From Lingula anatina (Eukaryota; Animalia; Brachiopoda), in NCBI GenBank assembly GCA_051362555.1, contig CM120640.1:64768788-64832787 (forward strand): a stretch of 64,000 nt of DNA, given 5' to 3'. Made by a program: the position numbers and the translations under genes. Under the pieces are notes generated by a model that saw only the letters and a program-made list of their open reading frames with translations, did not search any database and had not been told where the DNA came from. How positions within the stretch are numbered: the first letter of the stretch is position 1; every line of letters begins with the position of its first letter. Below, piece after piece: positions 1 to 28,989 of this stretch.

Positions 1-564
1 AGTCACATCGATGGCTAAACTTCATGTACGTCTTTCTAGGAGAGTGCATGTTCACACAGAATAAAGTCAACATTTTAATTCCTTTAAGCTTAAAAACATG
101 ATTTAGAGCTAACTCACCTTCATTAAAATGAGGCCGAATACGTTTGTCATAATCCATACATGTTAGAATGTGTTGCATAAATTCAACCTCTTCTGAAATT
201 GACGAACTGGTACTTGGGCTGGACTGACCACTAGAAAGGTTTTTATGCAGTATATCATTTTACACAGTTGAAAAACCTGTGAATTAACATCTGTTCAAAG
301 CTTACAATATATTATGCATTTTACATCGTGCCTTTGCCTTCAAATCATTGTGTTGAATTCGATTAGACTTTAAAATGTTCATGTTGGAATGGCGATTGAA
401 ATGAATGACAGATCCTTCAAACTTAAGTGACATCACTTACTTTACATAATACTGGGAAATGCAGCATTGAAAAAGGCTTAAGAGAAGCAGATTGCTTAAG
501 AAAATTCTGCCGACGTCCATTTACTTGCCATTATTTGAATCTCGTCCATGCACGAGCAAGGCGC

Positions 565-796
565 TGACGTCAGGAACGCGTATCTTGCCAAGCGCGCGAT
601 GACGTCACGACGCTGACAACAGCCCTGCTTGACTGTGTGTATGTGTGTGTAGCCTGTATGTGATCTATCAGTCTGTATGGTCTCAAGCCGTAGTCTAAAT
701 AACGAGTTAGACATCTATATTGAGGGCTACTGTAAGAAAATGCCCAGGTTTTCCCGGTGACATTTTCTGCAAGCAGTAAAAAGGGACGCCACGTCA
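565..796. promoter_or_regulatory. CpG-rich patch with two perfect CRE palindromes and a UPRE-like site; possible promoter or enhancer
   Basis: TGACGTCA at 565-572 and 600-607, and CCACGTCA (reverse complement TGACGTGG) at ~789-796, in a locally CpG-rich stretch. No associated gene was identified in the window. Confidence 0.3.
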
Positions 797-969
797 AAGT
801 GCCTTCGGCCAAATGAAAGACAACCTTCATAGGGTATTTCAGGTTCACCAATTGATAAAGATCTAGATCTAAGCCATAGGCCTACTTTTGTTTCACTGTT
901 AATTTACTGTCTTTGTTCAGTAAAAGGCAAAATTCCTTTTGGAAATCAATGTAAATAGAATTTCACACA

Positions 970-1019
970 AGATAATTCCTGGCTCGTTTCTTGCAGATAA
1001 TTCCTGGCTCGTTTCTTGC
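970..1019. repeat. 25-bp direct tandem duplication
   Basis: agataattcctggctcgtttcttgc x2. Confidence 0.9.
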
Positions 1020-2570
1020 GGCCTTCGCCCCATAATTTTAAATTACCAAACCGTATTTTGTTTCACTTCAAACTTGCGGAGTGCCGTTGTCTGACAAAAT
1101 GGGAGTTTGCTGCCGAAATTCAGCATGACAATATTTCTTCTAAAAAGTTACTTCTTACTGGAATTTGCCAGTTGTGTTAAAATGGAGCAATGGGAATGAT
1201 TTCTTGTGTCCACTTTGCCGTCTAGCTTTTAAGAACCTTAATTGGTGTTCAGTCATCTGTCTTCTGTTAAATCATATATATAATAATTTAAAAATAATAA
1301 AAAACACGCCATCTATCTCGTCGTGAATATTTGCACTTAATTTATTTTGAATTGAATTAGCCAATGTGAGAAAGCTACTTTCTTTACATAGCAGGCAGAT
1401 GTTAAAGAACAACATTAAATAATTCAAATGTAGCTTATCGCTCAATAAATGCTTAAACTTCACAATTGCTGGGAGCTGCATAATGGATGCTGTAAACGGT
1501 ATGTTATAATCGATAAAATAAAATGTAGGTAAGAATATGCTCCCAAACCATACCCCGTGCAGTTTCACTTACATCAAATACTAAATGATCCTTGCCCACG
1601 GACTCGAACGTCAGAGAGAGCACAATTGTAATCATGATTTGAGGTTCGGTTAATACAGTTACTTTGACAACAGTATCATCAAGCTAATTAGACCAATATG
1701 AATTTTTTCTACCCAATTTGTTCAAATTTTAAAGTTGATTAATTTTTCCATCTGTCGACACTTTATAAAATAGATTACTATTTAACGGAGTATTTAATGT
1801 GTGACAAGAAAAATATTTTCACGTCATTCCCCTGACCTTAGCTCTACTAATCCATCGCCATACTTTCTAGTAAAGATGACCTCATTTAGGTCTATATATC
1901 CCAATATTCACAGCATCAAAAATTCAGCCCCTGTAAGCTTGCATTTAAGAACATTTTTAAGTTGAATATTTATAATTAAAATAATATTAAATAATAATAA
2001 TAGTAATTGATAAGAATAAGACAAGAAAACTATCAGCATGTCCGTGCCCGGTTGTTGTTCTCCTCTCCAAATTGTTTGGCAGATCTTGATGGGGTGTCAT
2101 GATATCATCTTAAAACTATTGCCCCTTTAAGTAATATTATTTGCCAATTCAAGAAAGAACGGCATTCCTGCAATTTGGGGAAAAATAGCACCGAATATTC
2201 TTCATACCTACTGAGACACTAAAGTTTGTTTTTGTTTCAGGTAAAAATTCTTCATCCACAAGTTCTTTAAATGTTCAGAACTTCAGTCTGTGTTGTTTTG
2301 ATTTTTCAAACTAGGACCTGAATCCACAAGTTCATGGAAACAATGTACTCATGAGAGTGGTTGATATTGCCCTAGTGAATTCTTATGAAACTGTGTTCTT
2401 TTCCTATCCGGCCTTTACACATTATGACCATGCAATAAAATTCTAGTCCTATGTACACCAATGACTTGAACATTACATTTCCACCTGGCCTCATATGTCA
2501 TAGTGCTTCAGAACTGGTTACTCGAAATGGTTATATGATGTTCAATATTTCCAAAGACTAAATGTCTTGG

Positions 2571-5500
2571 TTACTCTTCTTCCTCATCTTCCTCTTCTGA
2601 TTCATCTTCAGCTTGCTCCAGCCATGTAAGCCACTGGTTCACCTTTAAGAGCAAACAAAACACATAGGCATAGAATCACTGTGCTATTCACTAGCTGAAG
2701 GTAATTTGCATATCCAATTAAAAATCTAGAATCAAGTCAAATTTTGCAGACAATTGTCATACAACTTATCTGCCTCGAAATTCCTCAAAAGACTACGAAA
2801 TTCCTGTGTCCTGGTTATAATAAATTTCCTGAGTCCAAGTTAATAGTTTTTAACATTTTCTCAGTCAAGAATCTCACCTGGAACAGAGACTTTCCCTTTC
2901 CTGGGTGCTCATCATTCACCTCTTCTTTCCACTTGAGAAACACCTCCTCGTCAATAATCTCCATATCATAAAAATGCATGAACATGCGCAGCAGCATACC
3001 TAAAAAAGAAGCAGATATGTTTCCAATCAATTTTTTCATAAGAACCCAAATATATCTTATATAGAATATGTCATTTTCAATGGGTCATTTCCCTGGAGTG
3101 AGCAACAATATCTAACCTTTATTACCTTTGGCTGGAAAAACATGTTCCACCAATCACAGATGCATTAGTCTGACTGAAGGTTATTTAAAATATTCAACAA
3201 TTATTGCATTTTTCACAAATTATGCAGGCCTTATAAATTATAATCCATGGGTATCATCAAAAGCAAGCATCTGAGTTAATAGGCAGTGCAAACCAATAAT
3301 GTCTACCTCATTCCACATACCTTTTGGAAACCCCTTGTTGTAGCAGTGGACCTGTAGGGCATATACTGCACTCAACTGTAGGCCTAATTTATCATGCAAA
3401 AACAGCTGCAAAATGCTCTGTAGGAGAAAAAAATATTGTCATTTGAACCAGAAAATCAGGATAATCATTGTTATTAGTAAAACAATAAATTCTTAATATT
3501 TCATGGAAAAAAGTTGTCACAATACATATTACCCCACCTTATATTTGTCCAAAATTTCTTTCTCCTTGTCTACCAAGTGTTTTTCAGGCATTGCGGCAGG
3601 ATCAGCACCATCAGCCAGAGTGCTCTGGCTTGTAATGTAGCGCAACAATCTGAAAACAGAGAGAAATCAGAACTTTGAAAACAAGCCACAATTATATCCA
3701 GCTTCCTCACAGTATATACAACTGCTCTGCTTTTACCATGTAAGATTACACCAGACAGAATATTGTTCAAATTTCAATCAACAAATCTTTCTACAAAGTG
3801 GAATGGTACAAAGCAGCACTAGTCCATTCAAAGTTAAAATCAATTCAAAACCATGAAAAAATACAACATCAACACAAGGCTACATGGCAATACTTACGTG
3901 GTCACTAAACCATGAATAAATTCAGTTTTGTTGAACAGCTTCGGGTCAATGTTCTCCTTCATCCATTTGTAAAGGTCGGTTGGTGATGGGTCACCCTGGA
4001 TCTGCCTGGACAGCTCTGCTTGGACTCTCAACAGAGGGAACATGAAGCTCAGGTCCCTGTCCTCTAGGATCTTCAGCATGCGTTCCTTGCTGCGGTCACC
4101 TTCTGCAGTAAGTAAAAAATATATCAAGAGAAGAAATAATGACATTAAAAACTACCAACTTCAATTCAGGACAAGACATAAGTAGCACCCAATTGTTTAT
4201 TTTCCATTTAATGACTATAAATTGTATTCTTTTCTTTTAACTCTAAATATCTTTCTTCAAAATTTGATCCAGATTCCAGCTGCCCTGTTGTCTTCATACC
4301 ATTTTGATAACATATGCCCCTTCTTTCTTGGAAATTAGTACTCACTGATCCTGTCATTGTCAATTCAGTGGTGCAACTTTGTTCTCAGGAAATGAGTGGA
4401 TCTAGCACTCCCTTTTCCTTATGTTAAGTTCTTTGGGACCTTCATGTTTTCTTTATCACCATGCTTACTCGTTAATAAAAAATCTAGACTTACCTGGCAG
4501 CATATTCTGCAGATCAATCTTGCTTTCATTGAACACATTCACCAGCCAGTCCTCATCCTGCAGTTTATGTATTTGTTGCAAACAGAGCATGAATAGTGGA
4601 TAGTGACTCCCATTCTCCATTGGAGCAGCTAGATCTGCCAGAGAAATCACACCTTCAGCAACAGCACACGCAGCAAACTTGGAAACATATGAGCGGATCA
4701 GTGGAATATCATCTTCAAGTGCTGGCATGCTCTCCAACAAGGAGTTGAAGGCCTAAGAAAGACAGAAATAAAAAATATCATGTCATGGAAATAGTGGGAA
4801 AAATTGTGGTTCACAGTTGAAAGCAGAGAGAAAGTACAGTTACATCTATGTCATTTATTCATTGACAACATTGCCAATGTCCATAAATACATTATCCTTT
4901 ACAAAAATGTCCCTACCTCCATGTACTGCTCCCCTGTCACAACCCCAGCATTCTTCAAGGCAGCAATGAGGTTGCCAGCAGTCTCTCTGTTCTCATCAGA
5001 CTTCTCTAATGTGGCAGTCATGAAGTGTTTTAGCATCTCTGGGATAAATCTGTAGCATAACAAAGAATATAAATGCAGCATGAATGCATTGTTGCATATT
5101 TGTAGCTCACATGTTGAGCACACACAAAACGACATACAAACAACAGACAAACAGCAGTGTCTGATAATGAATGAACGCTTAATGTATTGAACTCGCAATG
5201 ATGGTTAACAAAGCTAACAAGTCTTGTGCTTCTGGCAGTAATTCTTACCTATTGGGTGGCCGCAGATTTTTGATGGTATTAACAGCATCTTCAAAACTTC
5301 CAGAGCTCAGACAGGCCTCCAATGCATCTTCCTACAATTTTATATGAGATGACTAAACCAAAAGAAAAAAAGTACCTCTTTTTTCATTGAGATTTGTAGT
5401 TTTTTCTGTTAGTTTGAAAATTCCGTTTTTAAGTGAAATCCAATTTAAACTTTTGACAAGTAAAAAAAAACTTATTGGATATATTCAATCAAGTCTTCCT

Positions 5501-8500
5501 ACATAAGTTTTCTGGATTTCTTCTTTGGTAGGCACTGGCTTCTTTTTTTCTTTAATCTTCTCAGTTGAAGGCACCGTCTTGATGGTGATTTGGGCCTGCT
5601 GAAACAAAAGATAGCATAAAATTTTGCTGTATGCATTTCCTTACCAAAACCAACTTCATCTGGACATTTCATTGTGTTCATTGGACCTTCAACTAGCTAC
5701 TAAAACGGATTATAAAATTTGGTCAATAAATATAACAATGTCAATGCTAATGCTATTGAAAGAAAGGTGAACCATTCCTATAACCAAATACCCATTGTAA
5801 CTAACCTGCTTTTGTAAGAGAGGCGGTGCCAGAGGTTCTGATGCATTTCCAGGCATTTTATGACTAGACATGGTTTGTGGGATCTGCGTTGACTTGGGTA
5901 AGCTGTTTGGTGTCTGGGGTTTGAACATGCCAAATCCTAAGGTGGCAGGCCTAAAGCTGTGCTCATCTATACCATTGCCCACAGACATATGTGCCATCTG
6001 GTTCTGTGGTGGATTGATGACAGGTGGCGGTGGATGGGAGGAAGCTGAGGTTGGGATCTGGGCAGCAGTCCCCTGGGATAGCTGTGGGGTCTGACCAGTA
6101 GGATTGCTTCCTCCTCCCCCTACCCCTCCTTGAGCAGCCTGCTGAGCTTTCTTAGCCAGTCTTGGGGGAAGATTGCCTAAAATAATAGTTACAAGAAATT
6201 TATTGAAGAGAAACTAGAGCAAAACCCACATAAGAAAGGTTTGTTCTTCTTAACACAGCAGGACTGTTTTTAGACATGACAAATAACTGAAATGTTCAGC
6301 CTCAACATTCTTTCTTATAAGAATTCTTATTACTTACTGAAATCTCTCTGCTTTTGGAGATTTTGCTGAGTTGATGGTTGCTGCTGCATGGATTGTTGTT
6401 GCTGTTGCTGCTGTTGAGGATTAGGTCCTTTGCCCTGGTGGCGGTGCTGTTTAGGACTTCCACCCTCCTGACGCCGGTACTGATTGTACCCTAACAAATA
6501 AGAAACAATAGTTACCACAACAGTATTAATCATGGCATTCCTAGGAAATAATGTGATCTCAAAAGATGCAGGTTATAATTCTATATTCTACATACATTTG
6601 TCCCATATGAATTAATTGTCATTTAAAACCTAAAATCAATGCCTGTGATACACATCTCCTCACCTTGACCCTGTTGATTCTTCCTTCTCCCAGTATTGGG
6701 GGAGTACCCAGGGGCCACACCATCCATACTGATGACCCCAGGGCCAGTACCAATGCTGCTGAACCCTCCAGGTCCTGCAGGTAAGGGACCAAACATGTCC
6801 ATCTGACCACGACCAAAACCAGACCCATTCATGGTTGGTGGACCAAAGAGATCTAAATTCCGTATACCTTGCACCCCAGGTGGAGGCAGATAGACACCCA
6901 TATCCTAAAAGGAACAGAAATGTAAGTAAGACTTTCTCTTTGTATTGAACATCACTGATTGTTGAGTCAAATGGATGAGACAAAATAGATTATCACAATT
7001 ATATCATAACCTGAAGAAAACAAAGACCTACACTACATTTATTTTCTGCATACCTGCATGAATAAAAGGTGAAAACTGATGTACCAAATATTGAGATAAT
7101 GTACTTCTAGTGTTGATAACTTTTCTCACCTTTGCTGCCTCCTCTCTGATTTGAGTAATGGTACGTGGAGCACTGCCTCTTGTTACCTTCCTGGGCGTCC
7201 ACTGGAATGCAATCATTTTGCAAATTTCAGAAACTTTCAAAATTATCATGTTCAAATGTATTAAAATCAGTGTCAACAAGTCTATGCACACTTCCTTGCA
7301 TCAGTTAGGTAGCATGTGCTTTACAGATAACATGAATTATTGCCTTGGTATCACATTTTCGTCTTGTAGTATAAGCCTGTTGTGTAATAACAATATATGT
7401 GCATGCCTTATGCATATGAAAACGGATTTTGCCAAATAAAAGTGATTTTGTCTGTTTACACTCACATTGTTCTCCCTAAGCTCTATTGTGTCCTGCAGAA
7501 GGAAACGAATACGAGTTGGTAACTCGTTATTCATCATCAGTGTCTTCATGCGAGAGAAATATTGATCCATCAAGGCCTGTAGGAAGACAATTTTCTTATC
7601 AAATTCAATCTTTTAACTGTATCAACTCACAATTTGCAAAATTCTAAGTCAAAAGGTGATTTGGATGATACAATCTATGGATTTACTTGTGACAATACAG
7701 AGATCAATACATGATGAAAAGAATGGACTTGATGACAATTCTCTACTTGTCTTACCTTTGCCTTGTCAGTGTCAAGGCGTCGACCGACGGTCTTCATTAT
7801 CTGGCACAGACACTCCAAGTCCTCAGCAGTCTCCTGTATGGGGACATGTTTTTTCTTCTCCAAAAGCTGTTTAATGCATTTGTGTAAAATTCCCTCATGA
7901 AGCATGTCAAGTTTACCAAGCTCACCTATAAGACAAAAGTTGCAGGAGATGTGTTACCGAGTTACAGTAAGATTTCAACTCACTCATGCTTTAAAAAAAA
8001 AAAAAAAAAAAATTATTATCCTTGTGAATTATCAACTAATAATTTCTATTTTCTAAAAATATTGAATAAGTATTGAATTTTTAGTGGCAAGTTTTTTTAA
8101 ATTGTATTTTCAGCATGATGTATTCATATAGCATAGTTCTTGCTTAAATATATCTTAAATACATATCTTCGATTGAAATTTTTACCAATGAATTTGATGT
8201 TTCCCAGCATTTTGAACTTTGCAGCATGATATTTCTCCAGCTCCTCTGGAGTGAGTGGGGTATCTCTCTTATCAAATTCTGAAAAACAAAACGAATCAGA
8301 CAATTACACACGATTAAATTTTCTCTCTGTATATACTAGAGCAACTGTACATTCAGCACCCAAAATATAGAATTCAAAAGTCCTCCACTCCTACCAAAAC
8401 CATATTTGGACCAAAAAGGCAACAACAACAGATAAGAGAAGGTAAAATGTATTACTATTAAGGTTAACACTTGTACCAAAGAAGATGTAAGAAGATATTT

Positions 8501-10766
8501 AATGAAACATGTCACCCAACATCATTGAATCTGCTTATGAAATTATACATTTTAACATTTATGTAAGAAAAACTCACCATTTGTGGCTTTGGATCTGTTT
8601 TCAAATTCATCTTGACACTTGTTCAACAAATGGCGTCTAAAAGACTAAATTAAAAACAAAACAAAATTTAATGAAAAATTAAATTTTTTTACCAATATGC
8701 AAACGAAATCATGCCATGCCTATATCAATGATAGTATTTGTTTTTATAATGTTATTCGCTGGTAATTTTAATCTAAAAAAAAAAACAAAAAAAAAACATG
8801 AACAGTAAATTAAAACTAAACAAGTATTAGTTCCCCAGATGTTTAAGGCTTCCTTGTAAAAAATCATCACTTACAGTGTTGTTTGAAGATGCAGGTTCAA
8901 AGTTTGGTGCATCCTCACATAGTCGCTGGCATAATTGAGCATATAATGAACTATACTTTGGTTCATCAAGTGATTTCTCAAAAATCTGAAAAGCAATCAA
9001 CTTGCTTATACATCAACATGACAGTGGTAAAAAATAGTCAGCACAATACTTAATTTATGTGTTTTAGTGCATACTGGGACATATTTTAAAATAGAAACTA
9101 AGTACCAAAATACTTACAAGAAGGATAATTCCCTTCAAAACCACCGGTGAGTCAATCCCTACATTCAGTAATTCTAGACCAAGTTTGTCAAATTTTTCAG
9201 GAGTGAGTTTATTAAGTATTCTGAAATGAAATATTAAATCACAAGTTGTAAAAAAAAAAAAAAAAAATGAAGCTCAATCCAAATTTATTATTCATTGCCA
9301 TTTATTGAAATATATGTGACAAGGTCAAAAGTCTAAAAATATATATTTCATGAATGACAAAAGTTGTGTATGATTCTTTTTGATTTTTTGCATAGCATCT
9401 GATATTGTGCGGATTTTCACTGTCCTAATTTTTATTTTTCAGCTCTTTTCCTCTTCAGAGAAGATAGAACAGCAATATTATCATCAACTGTGATCTTCCA
9501 GGAAATTGAAGAGGATATGAATAAGAACCACGCACATATTCACTAGAACAAAACAGCCTTGCCAAAAAGAATTCAGACAAGTTGGTGTTAGGCAAGGCTA
9601 TATCAATTGATATAAATGTAACACAAAAAAATTGAAATAAAAACACGTGAAACCAAAATTTTAGTACTCAATAAAATGTTCATAATTTACTATTTCATAT
9701 TACAAAGTTCAAAGAAATAATGCAGTGTTACTTGTTGGATAAAAATTATGTAATACTAATAGTCTTCATAAGCGTTTTCTTTGAGAAATCTATGCTTAAG
9801 CATGTTATACATTTTTGCTGCTCTTAAAAAGCCATATATTTTTTTACCTTTCGATCTTCACCAAATCTGACATTATCATTTTACATAATTAATAAAGGAA
9901 AGGAAAGTTTTGATTCATCTTAAAAAAGGGAGAAAAATGCAAAGGGTAGACTAAAAGATATACTCAAGAGAGAATCACAATAACTGATATGAGCTAAGTT
10001 AAATGCAAGAAGTCTTTTATATCTTAATTGTTCAGTTACAGATACAAATCCACTGTTAACTATAAAACAACAAGCTGAATCACTTACCCTCTAACTTTCC
10101 TGAATGTACTGTCATGTTTTTCATCTTGGGTTAGGGCATCTCGTTTAACGCTGCTTGGAGGAATCCATCGCTGATTAGCTGATGTTGCAACTGGGCCAGA
10201 GAGTAGGGGTGATCTCTCGTCCCTAAAATTCAAATCAAAATTAAAATCTCTTCATGATTTATATATTGGGAGACCCTTCAAAAAGAAAAAGAAGAAAATA
10301 ATCGGACATAATTGAAATATCTTGAAATTTAAATCAACATAAATGGCTTGAAACCTTAGCGAATTCTATCTCCAAAATAAACTAATTCCTAAGAAAAAAC
10401 CTTAGAGGATTCCCTAAAAATAATTCCTGCAACCAAAGACAAGTAAACCTTTGCTGCAACCCAGTCATTTTTTTTTACACTGGACTTCACTTGTTATCCC
10501 TTTCCCTTATTTGAACAATTAACTTGACCATTCTTGGTGAATCCATAACTTATAATAAAAACATATTACACTAGTTTAGATCATAGTAATATCAAACCAG
10601 CCTCATGGCATCTATGAGACAAACAGGGGAGATCGATAAAGTCGACAGATGTCATTCGTTCCCTTCGTGACCCGAGAAACCCTTTCATTCCATTTCAAAC
10701 GTAATTTATTCTTTACCTTCCTCCCGCACGTCGAGAAGCACCACCCGATCCTCCTTGTCCGTCCAG
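2571..10766 (-). CDS. EIF4G2: Eukaryotic translation initiation factor 4 gamma 2 (DAP5/NAT1/p97), ~21 coding exons, CUG start
   Basis: Spliced exons give (M)DGQGGSGGASRR..., QRWIPPSS...FRKVRG|ILNKLTPEKFDKL...IFEKSLDEPKYSSLYAQLC...KMLGNIKFIG|ELGKLDMLHEGILHKCIKQLL (MIF4G), an MA3 region, and a W2 domain ending FYDMEIIDEEVFLKWKEE...GKGKSLFQ|VNQWLTWLEQAEDESEEEDEEEE*. TAA is at 2571-2573. There is no N-terminal eIF4E/PABP-binding region. Confidence 0.95.
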
Positions 10767-11130
10767 AATTATGTTTATAACCAAGTCTTCCCTGAGTCGC
10801 TTCACAGAGATGGAGACTTAAAGAAAAAAGAAAATCTGAAAGAGAAGAAAAGTCAATCAATGATTAAGAACAAAGAAATGATCGTAGGCCGTCGCGATAA
10901 AGCAAGCAAGACAAAGAAGATAGTGACCCATCCTGTCATTTGTGAGACATATTTTTCTTGAGAAACTTACAAATCGGAAGAAAATACAGGTTATTACCAT
11001 GAAATATATACTAACAGCTATCGTTTAACCTCAACATGAATTATTTTTGACCAACGGCTGGTCCTCACCGTGATTTTTTATCTTCTGTCAGCCTGTTTTG
11101 CCGTTTCCTCGCCTTGCGAAATGAGATGAT

Positions 11131-11144
11131 TACCCACAATGCAC
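11131..11144. promoter_or_regulatory. ZNF143/Staf (SBS)-like site upstream of eIF4G2
   Basis: TACCCACAATGCAC matches the Staf-binding core TACCCAnAATGCA and lies just upstream of the inferred non-coding first exon. Confidence 0.45.
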
Positions 11145-11860
11145 CAACATACTCTCAAGTAAATTGTAATCACTTGAATTTAATTTGGATTTTGATCATT
11201 AGAATTAAACACTAAAAATTCATCATCTTTGATTCAAAAGTGTTTAATAATTACAAAATGCATATAGATTAAATATCTCATTTGAAAGACATGTATCATC
11301 ATATGTATTTGAGGCTATTTCTAGAACTGTACCACAGAGCCACCTGGCTACGATCAATGGAACTTCTGGCGATGCTAGTACATGTAGAACAGTAACCACG
11401 GTCGTACGTGCTATTAAAGCTTTCTACAAGAAAACAAAAATAAATAAAATAATAAAATAAAAAATAAAAAATAAAAATAAATAAATAAATAAATCAGCGC
11501 GTCTAAAAACTATAAAAAATCATTATCATTAATTCTGAATTAAAAGAGGCAAACTAACAAGATTTTTGTCGAGTTTTGTGATTGAGCAGCCCTGTCAAGA
11601 AAAAAACACAAAAAACCTCTATACAGGTTACTTTATTCTGTCCACATCGGAAAGCAGAGTAATTGGAAAAGAGGTGAAAAGTGCCTGTACAGGAATTCCT
11701 GTATGCATATCATAAGTACCTATCTGAGAGGACACTGACATTGGCAAGTGGGGGGGGAGGGGGGGGGGGGGGGTGAGTCAACAGCTGTAAAAATAACCAG
11801 TCTTGAAGTTTCAAACCATGAAACACATACCCTTCTCCAATGGATACAAGTACTTCATTG

Positions 11861-11862
<2 letters not shown>

Positions 11863-11952
<90 letters not shown>
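11863..11952. repeat. (AT)n microsatellite, with an upstream G-run at 11748-11775
   Basis: ~45 AT units; explains the spurious IYIYIY ORFs. Confidence 0.98.
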
Positions 11953-11954
<2 letters not shown>

Positions 11955-13571
11955 GAATATGATGGATATATCTTACCATGAACTTCAATTCATTATAATA
12001 ACAAATACTTTAAAGATGCACTGAAGTTCTAATGAAACTGCCAATTTTCATAACACCTGAGAGCCATAATCTTCCTGTGGCCTGGTAACTGACACAAAAA
12101 TTAACTTTTAAATACTTAAAAGTATAAATTATTTGCATGAATCTAAACAAGACACCGTTCAATATTTTCCTTTTATTTCCTATTTTTATGCGTATAACAG
12201 ACATGCAAGCCACACACTTGCCAATATAACTTTTCATGCAATACACCATGCTGGACCATTAGATCAAGTTCAGGCTGTACAAAGAACACAGTTCATCAGG
12301 GTTTGTATCTTGATGACATTAGACCTATTACAGGAAACTGGTTCAACTTGCTCAGATGTTGTGGTTGTACCATATATAAACAGCAGTCATTAATGTAACA
12401 TTCATTAGCTAATTTTTGCTACGAGTCTCACGTTAACAAACAATGTATTGAATCGAAAAAATAAATAAGCAATGGAATTTAACCAGGTGGAGTATTTTGG
12501 CTTGTTTTTTATTATCAAATTTGATTGCACAAAACTACTACATATATTTATATATATATACAATTGTCCAAACAAATTTTACTATTTTTGACACTAAACT
12601 GATGGTGGTGAAGTGTTGGACTAAACTCCTTTATTTGTATGTTGCACAGCTGACAGCCAACACTTCATTAACAAAATCACAATATTATGGGCACTGGTGT
12701 CTCTTGACATGTGACACCAGTGGATTGGACCTAATTACAGGTCCTGATAAATAAGCATGCACAGCCGAATAATTCACAACTAGTCTGAATCGAGTCACCT
12801 TGCACTTTTATCTTTATAATTTAGAGACCATTCCATTTTATAACATTTCCCTTCTTTGTCCTTGCTTAGCCATCTATAACATTCAGCATATATGTGTTGA
12901 GCATGTTTTTCAAGGATTTGGTTTCACCTGGATTTTTATCCTTACAGCATAAATTATGTTACTGCGAGGGTTCTTCTACATGATGGTTAGTCTTGATTGA
13001 AAGTATTTCCAAAAAAGTTACTTTTTGTTTTGTGTATAATCTATTCTTAATAAAATGACCAGCCACATGCAATTTGCCTTATTACAATACAATCTGTCTC
13101 CCAATCATAACCTCATGCTGCAGACAATCAGTACAGTGACGTGTTGTTTTTAAACAGAACTAGAATTTAAAATTCTTCCTAAATTTGACCCTCCCCCCAA
13201 ACAAAATATTAAAGATTAGAGACATCTGTGGAAAACAAGATCTAGCAAAAGCTTCTGTGAAGAATCTCTTCCTAAATGTTTCACCAAAACTTACTCATTA
13301 AGCAGAAAGGAGTTTCTTCAGGGGAAAACTCTAGAACACTCAGAACAATAACTATGGTCAAAATTTCTTTTCTTAAACTTAGACTATAATCTGTTCTTAG
13401 CATGCAGTTCATTTCTATGTTTTGTAGGCCATGACAGAACTGATTGTCTTATGTCCAGTATCCATGGATGACAGTCATCCTTGGTGACCAACAGCCGTGA
13501 CCCACATAAAAATCACGTACTGTAGTCTAGTAATGATATTACACGCAGCGCACTTTGGCACCTGCTTCCCT

Positions 13572-28789
<15,218 letters not shown>

Positions 28790-28989
28790 TTCAAAAGAGT
28801 TATGTCCGTGATTTCCAATTTTCACGAACAGTCTAACACTTTGAATAATTCATAAATCGACCACATTTTTCAATGAACACTGAACAGGACAACTTTCTCT
28901 TCTTCCTAATATGGCGTATGTATTCTCGCGAGATTTCAATTGAAGTCTCGCCCTTCACTTCCTCTTTCCGTCTAACAGCGCAATCCAAC
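28790..28989. promoter_or_regulatory. Compact bidirectional promoter USP47/RPL10A
   Basis: The divergent ATGs are only 200 bp apart. The interval holds YY1-type AATATGGCG (28908-28916), the TCTCGCGAGA palindrome (28924-28933) and a TCT/5'TOP initiator CTTCCTCTTTCC (~28958-28969). Confidence 0.8.

Noticed and set aside
10612-10860. 82-aa ORF overlapping the first coding exon of eIF4G2
   Set aside because: Wrong frame and runs through splice sites; the conserved GGASR frame is the CUG-initiated one.
11710-12024. IYIYIY ORFs (also 59409-59783)
   Set aside because: Translations of (AT)n microsatellites.
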